64,000 nucleotides of DNA from Nitrospirota bacterium (GTDB lineage: Bacteria > Nitrospirota > UBA9217), in assembly GCA_963740085.1 (NCBI GenBank), contig CAVUCU010000001.1:1376001-1440000 (forward strand), in the 5' to 3' direction. Positions within the stretch are counted from its first letter, which is position 1. Every line of letters starts with the position of its first letter. Shown here one piece after another: positions 41,835 to 49,891 of the stretch. Below the pieces are notes generated by a model. It was not told the DNA's origin. It searched no databases and worked only from the letters and a program-made list of their open reading frames with translations. The translations under genes were made by a program, and so were the position numbers.

Positions 41835-43193
41835 ATGAAACGAAGAGTAGTGGAAAGTTCGGTGTTGTTCATCAGCATCCTGAAGTGGTTGTTCCTCGCA
41901 TCGTGTGCCGGCGTCCTCGTCGGGCTGTCAACCTCGCTCTTTTTGAAAGCGCTCGGGTACAGCATTTCCGCTGCATCGGGTCACCGGTATTATTTCCTTC
42001 TGCTTCCGGCGGCCATGTTCCTGAGCGCCCTCATCGTCAAGTACCTTGCACCGGACGCTGAAGGCCATGGAACGGAAAAAGTCATCGAGGCGGTCCACAA
42101 GCATTCCGGCAAGATAAAGCTGATGGTGGTCCCGGTCAAACTCGTTGCTACGATCATTACGATCGCGCTGGGCGGATCGGTCGGAAAGGAAGGCCCGGCG
42201 GCCCAGATCGGGGCGGGTGTCTCATCGGCCGTTTCCGACCTCCTGCGGTTCGATGATAAGGACCGGAAAAAACTGGTCATCTGCGGCATCAGCGCCGGTT
42301 TTGCCACGGTGTTCGGGACGCCGATCGCGGGCGCGATCTTCGGAGTCGAGGTCCTCTTCGTTGGTGGCATGCTTTACGAGGTGCTCCTTCCTTCGTTCGT
42401 TGCCGGTATCGTGGCGTTTCAGGTCTCCTCGACCCTGGGGATCACCTATTTCCATGAACCGCTCCGGTTTGTGCCCGTATTCAGCAGCCTTTTCTTCATC
42501 AAGGTCTGCGGCGCCGGTATCTTTTTCGGTCTGTGCTCGCTGCTGCTGATAGAGGGGCTGGGCTTTTTCGAGCGCATAAGTCTCCGGATAAACATCTGGC
42601 CCCCCCTGAAGGGGCTTCTGGGCGGCTCCCTCCTCGTCGTACTCACGTTCATCTTCTCAACCCGTTATCTCGGGCTCGGCCTGGACACCATCAAGGATGC
42701 GCTTGAAGGAGGCGTGATGCCGTGGGGAGCCTTTGTATTGAAAATACTGTTTACGGCACTTACGCTCGGCTTCGGCGGCAGCGGCGGGATCATTACACCG
42801 ATATTTTTTATCGGGTCAACGGCCGGCAGCGTCTTCGCCAGTGTTCTGGGATTCAATCTGTCGATATTCGCGGCGATCGGCATGGTCGCCCTGGTTGCCG
42901 GAGCGGCGAACACACCCATTTCGGCGAGCATCATGGCCATTGAGCTGTTCGGCCCCGCGGTCGGACCTTATGCAGCCGTGGCCTGCGTCATCAGCTTTCT
43001 CATGACAGGCCACCGGAGCGTCTATCCGAGCCAGGTTCTGTCGCTCACGAAATCGTCGTCCCTGCACGTGTCGCACGGCACGGAGATGAGGAGCATAGGG
43101 AATGTGGATTACCTGCCGCGGCCGAAAAGCATGAGTGAGGCCATGCTGAAGGCCTTCCATAAGATCTCGAAGAAGAAAAAGAGCGATGAATAA
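41835..43193 (+). CDS. ClC-family chloride channel/transporter
   Basis: GHGTE, GKEGP, FGTPIAG, GGIITP and ANTPI motifs. Confidence 0.88.
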   Translation: MKRRVVESSVLFISILKWLFLASCAGVLVGLSTSLFLKALGYSISAASGHRYYFLLLPAAMFLSALIVKYLAPDAEGHGTEKVIEAVHKHSGKIKLMVVPVKLVATIITIALGGSVGKEGPAAQIGAGVSSAVSDLLRFDDKDRKKLVICGISAGFATVFGTPIAGAIFGVEVLFVGGMLYEVLLPSFVAGIVAFQVSSTLGITYFHEPLRFVPVFSSLFFIKVCGAGIFFGLCSLLLIEGLGFFERISLRINIWPPLKGLLGGSLLVVLTFIFSTRYLGLGLDTIKDALEGGVMPWGAFVLKILFTALTLGFGGSGGIITPIFFIGSTAGSVFASVLGFNLSIFAAIGMVALVAGAANTPISASIMAIELFGPAVGPYAAVACVISFLMTGHRSVYPSQVLSLTKSSSLHVSHGTEMRSIGNVDYLPRPKSMSEAMLKAFHKISKKKKSDE

Positions 43194-44007
43194 AAACACC
43201 TCGGATTCGCGGCGGCTCATAATCGTTACCGACCTGGACGGGACATTACTGGACTCGAAAAGCTACTCCTTTGAGGATGCCCGGCCGGCCCTTGAGCAGA
43301 TCAGAAAAAGCGATATCCCGCTGGTCCTGTGCTCCAGCAAGACACGCGCGGAGCTCGAGGTCTGGAGGGATCGGCTGGAAAACCGCCATCCTTTCGTTGC
43401 TGAGAACGGCGGCGGGATCTTCATACCCGAGGGTTATTTCCCGTTCCCTGTGGAAGGCGAGACACGCGGGGGATACCGGGTCGTCTCCCTCGGGATGTCC
43501 TACGCCGGGATCCGCGAACGGTTCGCCCGTCTCCGCGATGAGCTGCAGATACCGGTAACCGGGTTCGGAGACATGACACCGGCCGAGGTCGCGGCACTGA
43601 CCGGCCTGTCGCTGGATGAAGCAATGCAGGCAAAACAGCGGGAGTACGAAGAACCCTTTGTCTTTACCGGGGCAACGGATGAACGCATGCTGCAGGCGAT
43701 CGAAGCCTCGGGCATGAGATGGACCCAGGGCCGCTTGTTTCACCTTATGGGGAATCATCACAAGGGTAAAGCCGTTATTTTTCTGCGCACGCTTTTTGAA
43801 CGACTGAGCGGGCCGGTAATGATCGCGGGACTCGGCGACAGCCTGAACGACCTCCCCTTTCTTCTGGCTGTTGATCACCCGGTCCTGGTCCGCAGGGCGG
43901 ATGGGAGTCACGACCCGAGGATCAAGATTCCCGGGCTTTACCGCACCAAAAAAACAGGCCCCGCGGGATGGAATGAGGCCGTGCAAAAATTACTGGCGAC
44001 GGGATAA
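43186..44007 (+). CDS. gpgP: Glucosyl/mannosyl-3-phosphoglycerate phosphatase (HAD IIB)
   Basis: TDLDGTLLD, CSSKTRAE, ENGG, REYEEPF, LGDSLND and GPAGW; clustered with gpgS. Confidence 0.8.
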   Translation: MNKNTSDSRRLIIVTDLDGTLLDSKSYSFEDARPALEQIRKSDIPLVLCSSKTRAELEVWRDRLENRHPFVAENGGGIFIPEGYFPFPVEGETRGGYRVVSLGMSYAGIRERFARLRDELQIPVTGFGDMTPAEVAALTGLSLDEAMQAKQREYEEPFVFTGATDERMLQAIEASGMRWTQGRLFHLMGNHHKGKAVIFLRTLFERLSGPVMIAGLGDSLNDLPFLLAVDHPVLVRRADGSHDPRIKIPGLYRTKKTGPAGWNEAVQKLLATG

Positions 44008-44057
44008 GCCGCGTTGTGAGGAAAAGATCAAGTACCACCCAGAGGGAAAAGATACTT

Positions 44058-44153
44058 TCTCGCAGAGGCGCGGAGGTCGCAGAGAAAGGAAATAAGCGGT
44101 CCGGTTTAAAAAGGTTTTAATCTTACTCTGCGCGCTCTGCGTGCTCTGCGAGA
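44058..44153. repeat. REP-like palindromic element of 9-nt (CGCAGAG) units
   Basis: TCTCGCAGAGGCGCGGAGGTCGCAGAG ... CTCTGCGCGCTCTGCGTGCTCTGCGAGA. Confidence 0.7.
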
Positions 44154-44195
44154 GACGCCTTTGGATGCTCGCTTGTCCGGGCTGGGAAGCACAGT

Positions 44196-45581
44196 ATGAA
44201 CAACCGCCAACTTATCGACATCTTCAACGCGGCACTTGCCGCCGTTGATCCATACCAGGTGGTGACCAGCGGCATGACGTTCGAGAAAAACTGTTTGCAT
44301 GCTGCAGGGGCTGCGTACGAACTCGAGGCCTTTGACCGTGTCCTGGTGGTCGGGGCCGGGAAGGCCACCGCGCGAATGGCATTGGCAATTGAAGATGCAC
44401 TCGGAGACCGGATCACCGACGGGCTCATTGTGGTGAAGGATGGTCATACTGCTCCGCTCAGGATCGTCAAACAGGTGGAGGCATCCCATCCCGTTCCCAA
44501 CGAAGCAGGAGTGGAGGGCACAAAAAGGATATTGGAACTGGTGCGGACTGCCAATGAGAAGACCCTCATCATCTGTCTCTTGTCCGGCGGCGCTTCCGCA
44601 CTGTTCGTCGCGCCCGTGAACGGCTTGACGCTGAATGATAAACAGGAAGTGACCTCACTGCTCCTGAAGGCAGGCGCTTCCATCGGAGAACTGAATTCCG
44701 TGCGGAAGCATCTTTCCGCGGTCAAGGGAGGACGGTTCGCAAAAGCGGCGTGCCCGGCGCAGGTTGTGACGATGATCCTGTCCGACGTTATCGGTGACCG
44801 GCTCGACGTGATCGCTTCCGGTCCGACCGCCCGGGACAGCACGACCTTTGCCGATGCAATGGCCGTGATCGAGAAATACGGGCTGACGGAGAAATTACCA
44901 CTGCGCGTGCGGGCCTTTCTGGAGCGGGGAATGGACGGCCTGGAGCCGGAAACGGTGAAAAGCGGCGACTCGTGTCTTCATAAGACCAGAAATGTGATCG
45001 TCGGCGGGATCGCTCAGGCCCTTTCCGCGGCAAAAGAAAAGGCCCGGCAACTCGGCTTTGTGACGGAGGTCATTACCGCGGAGCTCCAGGGAGAGGCGCG
45101 TGATGCCGCCCTTTTTCTGGCAACCGTCGCACTGCGGGCGCACGATGCCCTGAAATCAGGGGAGCTGCGTTGCATTCTCTCCGGAGGCGAGACCACGGTG
45201 ACCGTAATGGGACAGGGAAAAGGCGGCAGGAACCAGGAGCTTGCCCTTGCCTTTGCCCTGGAGATCGAGGGGCTGAATGGGGTGTCCCTGCTGTCCGCGG
45301 GCACCGACGGCACTGACGGCCCGACCGATGCCGCGGGCGCGATCGTAGACGGGAACACGGTCCCGCGGGCCCGGGCATTCGGCATTGACCCTGCCCTCTA
45401 TCTCGACTATAATGACTCGTACGCGTTCTTCCAGCGATTCGATTCGTTGTCAGGGAACAAGAGCCATGTCATGACCGGGCCCACGGGAACGAACGTCATG
45501 GACCTCCAGATCATGCTGCTCGAAAAAAGCGGCGAACCTGAGAAGGAACGGCCAAACAAGGGAGCACGATCCGGACGATGA
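44196..45581 (+). CDS. Glycerate kinase, MOFRL (class II) family
   Basis: GAGKA, SHPVP, LSGGASAL, KHLSAVKGG, SDVIGD, GGETTV, GGRNQE and GPTGTNVMD. Confidence 0.92.
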   Translation: MNNRQLIDIFNAALAAVDPYQVVTSGMTFEKNCLHAAGAAYELEAFDRVLVVGAGKATARMALAIEDALGDRITDGLIVVKDGHTAPLRIVKQVEASHPVPNEAGVEGTKRILELVRTANEKTLIICLLSGGASALFVAPVNGLTLNDKQEVTSLLLKAGASIGELNSVRKHLSAVKGGRFAKAACPAQVVTMILSDVIGDRLDVIASGPTARDSTTFADAMAVIEKYGLTEKLPLRVRAFLERGMDGLEPETVKSGDSCLHKTRNVIVGGIAQALSAAKEKARQLGFVTEVITAELQGEARDAALFLATVALRAHDALKSGELRCILSGGETTVTVMGQGKGGRNQELALAFALEIEGLNGVSLLSAGTDGTDGPTDAAGAIVDGNTVPRARAFGIDPALYLDYNDSYAFFQRFDSLSGNKSHVMTGPTGTNVMDLQIMLLEKSGEPEKERPNKGARSGR

Positions 45582-46837
45582 AAACCGTTACCATCAGAAA
45601 AGAGGTTCAGGAACAGCTCGCGACCATTCATCAGGCCGATATCGTCGTGGGCATTCCGAGCTTCAACAACGCACGGACGATCGGCCATGTTGTCCGTGCG
45701 GTCCAGGCCGGGCTGGCAAAATATTTTCCCGACAAAAAAAGCGTGCTGGTCAATTCAGACGGCGGTTCAAAGGACAACACCCTCGAGATCGTTCAAAAAA
45801 CGTCCATAGAGGATTATGCATCCATCCATCTGCACCACCGCGTGGAGCCGGTCTTCAAGATCGCCACTCCCTATTCCGGACTTCCGGGCAAGGGGAGCGC
45901 TTTCCGGACCATCTTCGAGGTCGCAGAGGCATTGGACGCGAAGGCCTGCGTTGTCGTTGATTCGGATCTCAGGAGCATCACGCCTGAGTGGATCGAACTT
46001 CTCGTGAAGCCGGTTCTGGAAGATGGATTCGACTATGTTGCCCCTCTGTATCACCGGCACAAGTACGACGGGACGATCACGAACAGCATCGTTTACCCGC
46101 TTACCAGGGCGCTCTACGGCAAGCGGGTACGCCAGCCCATTGGCGGCGATTTCGGTTTCTCGGGCAATATTGCAAAATTTTACCTTACCAAGGACGTCTG
46201 GCAAACCGACGTTGCCCGGTTCGGCATCGACATCTGGATGACCACGACGGCGATCGCGAACCGGTTCAAGGTCACCCAGTCCTTTCTCGGCGCCAAGATC
46301 CACGATGCCAAGGACCCCGGTTCCGATCTCTCCGCCATGCTCTACCAGGTGGTTGGCGCAACGTTCGAGCTCATGGAGACCTACCATGACGTTTGGAAAC
46401 CCATCCGCGGATCTGAACCGGTAAGGGCCTTCGGTTTTGAATACTCGGTCGGGCTCGAGCAGGTCAACGTGAATACCGGCAGGATGCTGAACCTGTTCCG
46501 CGAGGGCCTCAAAAACCTTCGTGAAATATGGCTCGATGTCCTCGGGACGGGCGATTTTCTCGAAGTGGAAAGGCTCGGTACGCTGGAGGACGGGGTGTTT
46601 CGTTTCCCCCTCTCGCTCTGGACGCGGGTCATTTACGATTATGCCATAGCCTTTCACCACAAGAAACTGCCGACCGAACACCTGATCAAGTCCCTGACGC
46701 CTCTTTACCTGGGGAAGACCGCGTCGTTCATCCTTGAGGCGGAACAGATGGGCCAGCAGGAAGCAGAGGCCGAGATCGAAAAGCTCTGCCAGGAATTTGA
46801 GAACAGCAAGGAATACCTGATAGCAAGCTGGAAATAA
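45578..46837 (+). CDS. GT-A glycosyltransferase, probable single-step glucosylglycerate synthase (Ggs)
   Basis: VGIPSFNN, NSDGGS, GKGSA, DSDLRSI, RHKYDGTITN, RQPIGGDF and FGIDIW; lies between glycerate kinase and gpgS. Confidence 0.72.
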   Translation: MKTVTIRKEVQEQLATIHQADIVVGIPSFNNARTIGHVVRAVQAGLAKYFPDKKSVLVNSDGGSKDNTLEIVQKTSIEDYASIHLHHRVEPVFKIATPYSGLPGKGSAFRTIFEVAEALDAKACVVVDSDLRSITPEWIELLVKPVLEDGFDYVAPLYHRHKYDGTITNSIVYPLTRALYGKRVRQPIGGDFGFSGNIAKFYLTKDVWQTDVARFGIDIWMTTTAIANRFKVTQSFLGAKIHDAKDPGSDLSAMLYQVVGATFELMETYHDVWKPIRGSEPVRAFGFEYSVGLEQVNVNTGRMLNLFREGLKNLREIWLDVLGTGDFLEVERLGTLEDGVFRFPLSLWTRVIYDYAIAFHHKKLPTEHLIKSLTPLYLGKTASFILEAEQMGQQEAEAEIEKLCQEFENSKEYLIASWK

Positions 46838-46854
46838 TCTTCGGGAGGTGCCCT

Positions 46855-47559
46855 ATGTCGGATTTTCTGGAACTGATACTCGAACCACTGCAGGACGTGT
46901 TTCACACGATCAAGCATTTCCTGCCGAACCTGCTGGCCATGCTGGTCATTCTGATCATCGGGCTCCTCGTCGCCCGTGTGCTGCGGGCGGTCCTCGTAAG
47001 GTTCCTGACGGTGATCAAGTTCGACAGCTGGTCCGACCGGATGGGCATGACGTCGCTCATGCGCAAAGGCGATCTGTGGGCCAAGCCTTCTCTCGCCATC
47101 GGCTCGATCCTGTACTGGATCATGATCATCGTTGCGGTGATGATGGGTCTGAGCGCGCTCAAGATCCAGGCCGTCGACCACCTCGTGGAACAATTTTTCC
47201 TGTATCTGCCCCGCGCCTTTTCCGCGGTCCTGATCCTTCTCGTCGGTTACGTTCTCGCCGGGTTCATCAGCAGGGCGGTGCTGATCGCCGCGGTGAACAG
47301 CGGTTATCACTACGCCAAGCTGCTTGCCGAGGCGATACGGCTCCTGCTGACGGTCCTGATCCTGGCAATGGTGCTGGAACAGCTCCAGGTCGCGCCGGGT
47401 ATCGTTCTCGCCGCGTTCTCGATCATCTTCGGCGGGATCGTGCTGGCACTCTCCATCTCCTTTGGTGTGGGAGGCATCGAATCGGCGAAACGGATGATCG
47501 AGCGGGAAGCCCAGGAAAAGAGCCCGAACGAAGGAAAGGATGATATCCAGCATATCTGA
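46855..47559 (+). CDS. MscS-related TM-helix repeat protein (CmpX-like) lacking the cytoplasmic domain
   Basis: Two FLPNL/YLPRA TM-helix repeats and a LALSISFGVGG pore-helix-like end, then a short tail. Confidence 0.72.
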   Translation: MSDFLELILEPLQDVFHTIKHFLPNLLAMLVILIIGLLVARVLRAVLVRFLTVIKFDSWSDRMGMTSLMRKGDLWAKPSLAIGSILYWIMIIVAVMMGLSALKIQAVDHLVEQFFLYLPRAFSAVLILLVGYVLAGFISRAVLIAAVNSGYHYAKLLAEAIRLLLTVLILAMVLEQLQVAPGIVLAAFSIIFGGIVLALSISFGVGGIESAKRMIEREAQEKSPNEGKDDIQHI

Positions 47560-47573
47560 CCGGAGGAAGGCCC

Positions 47574-48782
47574 ATGACCGATTTTTACCAGACCGGGATC
47601 ATCACGACGCTGCACAAGCTCGGCAACCCGTCGCTCGAGCGCCTGGAGACGGAGCTCCGCGATTTTTCAAAGAACCGGCCGATCGCCCTGGTATTGCCGT
47701 CACTCTATTCCGAGTTCGAGGGTCCGGCCATGCCCGGGATCGTCAAAGAACTCGCCAAGGTGAACTACCTCAAAGAAATCGTATTGGTCCTCGACAAGGC
47801 CTCGGAAAAAGATTTTCGCCGGGTGCGGGAGTTTATGTCGCCGATCTCTACGGATATCAAGATCATCCATAACGACGGCAAACGGGTCATTGAAATCTAT
47901 GAAACCCTTTCGCGGAACGGCCTTGATGTGGGACAGCGCGGCAAGGGACGTTCCGCATGGCTGTCATACGGATACGTGCTTGCCCGCGGGCAGTCGGATG
48001 TCATTGCCCTTCATGACTGCGATATCGTCAACTACAACAGGGAAATGCTGGCCAGGCTCTGCTACCCGGTGGCAAATCCTAACCTGGACTATGTGTTCTG
48101 CAAGGGTTTCTACAGCAGGGTGACGAACAAGATGCACGGCCGGGTAACGCGGCTTCTGATGACACCCCTCGTCCGGTCAATCCAGCAGCTGATCGGACGG
48201 CACGAGTTTCTGATGTTCCTCGACAGCTTCCGGTATCCCCTCTCCGGGGAGTTCTCAATGACAACGGATTTAGCGCGGGTGAACAGGATCCCCTGGGACT
48301 GGGGGCTGGAGGTCGGATCGCTTGCGGAGGTCTACCGGAACTATTCGCCGCGAAGGGTCTGCCAGGTGGACATTGCCGAGACCTACGAACATAAACATCA
48401 GGAGCTGTCGGCGGATGACGCGGAAAAGGGCCTGATGAAGATGACCATTGATATCTGCAAGTCGATCTTCAGGACCCTGGCCTCGGAAGGGGTCGTGTTC
48501 TCGGACGGCTTTTTCAAGTCTCTCTCCGTGGCCTACTTGAGGAGCGCCGAGGATACCATCATGAAGTATGAGGCCGATGCGGCGATCAATGGCCTGGAAT
48601 TCGACCGGCACGAGGAAGCGAAGGCGGTAGAGGCCTTTACCCGGGCGATTACGCAGGCCTCAAAGGTGTTCATGGAGAACCCCATGGGTACGCCGCTTAT
48701 CCCGAACTGGAACCGGGTGACCTCTGCCATTCCGGGCATTCTCGACATGCTGAAGCAGGCCGTGGACATGGATAATACATAG
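47574..48782 (+). CDS. gpgS: Glucosyl-3-phosphoglycerate synthase
   Basis: MTDFYQTGIITTLH, LVLPSLYSE, GKGRSAW, LHDCDI, GRVTRL, YPLSGEF, DWGLEVG and IPNWNRV. Confidence 0.78.
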   Translation: MTDFYQTGIITTLHKLGNPSLERLETELRDFSKNRPIALVLPSLYSEFEGPAMPGIVKELAKVNYLKEIVLVLDKASEKDFRRVREFMSPISTDIKIIHNDGKRVIEIYETLSRNGLDVGQRGKGRSAWLSYGYVLARGQSDVIALHDCDIVNYNREMLARLCYPVANPNLDYVFCKGFYSRVTNKMHGRVTRLLMTPLVRSIQQLIGRHEFLMFLDSFRYPLSGEFSMTTDLARVNRIPWDWGLEVGSLAEVYRNYSPRRVCQVDIAETYEHKHQELSADDAEKGLMKMTIDICKSIFRTLASEGVVFSDGFFKSLSVAYLRSAEDTIMKYEADAAINGLEFDRHEEAKAVEAFTRAITQASKVFMENPMGTPLIPNWNRVTSAIPGILDMLKQAVDMDNT

Positions 48783-48991
48783 CGGGGTCTTTTGGCCGCA
48801 ACCAATGCAAAATGTAAATTCCAGATTGCAAAATTAACGGATGAACCTAACAGAGCATTTGACACTGATCAAACCGGACATCTGTCGGATAACGTGTAGT
48901 AGCCGGCATTCCCGTTTACAGTTGAAGTAAACGCTTTTTAGTGACCATCAACTCTCCAAATCAAGTCCTCTCTCCTGCTCCATATCTCAAC

Positions 48992-49020
48992 TTGACAACG
49001 AATATGAACGATTATAGACT
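48992..49020 (+). promoter_or_regulatory. Sigma70-like promoter
   Basis: TTGACA-N17-TAGACT. Confidence 0.5.
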
Positions 49021-49066
49021 ACCTCCTGTACTCAATGGCAGTCGCGTTTTTTGAGAACTGTAGACT

Positions 49067-49156
49067 TCATGTTGAATTTGATAAACACGGGGCTATTTTG
49101 TCTGTTTCCAAAAACGCAATAAACTGATTCAGCATGTCATCCGGAATTGGTTCCAT
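49067..49156 (-). pseudogene. 29-codon ORF with strong SD; possible 5' remnant of an integron-type integrase
   Basis: AAGGAGG SD then MEPIPDDMLNQFIAFLETDKIAPCLSNST*; attC-like relics nearby. The family resemblance is from memory only. Confidence 0.3.
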
Positions 49157-49434
49157 CGATAGCCCTCCTTGAAAAGCTATTCCATAACTGCATATTAATT
49201 TATTTTGGCGGATATTCCGCTTATCGCATGATAATCTTTTGGTCAAATTCCAATGATTTCATCCGGGTGCGTCATGGTTTTTCTTAAATTCTTGACCACA
49301 CCTGCAAATCCATGCTACTGTATTTTGAATTGATAATATCTTGCTGGAGCACGCTTTGAACGATCCCGATGATATACTGAAAGCATGCAACGGAAGCTTT
49401 TTTCTACCTAAGACATAATTCGGGGAGACAGATC

Positions 49435-49704
49435 ATGACAGACGATCTTCGGAAGGAAATCTCGGAGAAGTATTGCCCGCGTTTCGGACAACTCGCGGTC
49501 GAATTCGGCTTCATAAATGAAACACAGCTTACCGAGGCGCTGGCGTGCCAAGTCCATGATAAATCGAATGGTAAAGCACATCGGTTGCTGGGAGAAATAC
49601 TCTTCGAAAGTAAGTTAATGTCAGCATCGCAAATAGACCATGTAATGACAAAATTGTTCCAGCGACTGAGGCAGGAGCAACATGATAAGGGGATCATCCC
49701 TTAA
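49435..49704 (+). CDS. Stand-alone MshEN-like (putative c-di-GMP-binding) small protein
   Basis: RFGQLAVEFGFINETQLTEALACQ fits the 24-aa MshEN motif; a second degenerate copy RLLGEILFESKLMSASQI follows. Confidence 0.65.
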   Translation: MTDDLRKEISEKYCPRFGQLAVEFGFINETQLTEALACQVHDKSNGKAHRLLGEILFESKLMSASQIDHVMTKLFQRLRQEQHDKGIIP

Positions 49705-49708
49705 AAAA

Positions 49709-49767
49709 TCCTGGCAAAGCGGTCAGGAGGGAGCCGTAGAAGCGCGTCGCCCCTTACCTCGCTATGC
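49709..49767 (+). mobile_element. Degenerate attC-like site
   Basis: Starts just after the stop codon: TCCTGGC-N5-GGT[C]AGG[A]GGG ... CCCCTTACC-TC-GCTATGC. Shows L boxes with extra-helical bases and mutated R boxes. Confidence 0.4.
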
Positions 49768-49891
49768 ACGCTATTTTAGCGCTTAATTAGACTGGGTCTA
49801 TTGGTTCTGATCTGCTTCGACTATGCTACCCAATTGCTCCAATCAAGTTCTATAGAGAGCATACGACATAGTTTCATGAAGGGAAAATCAA

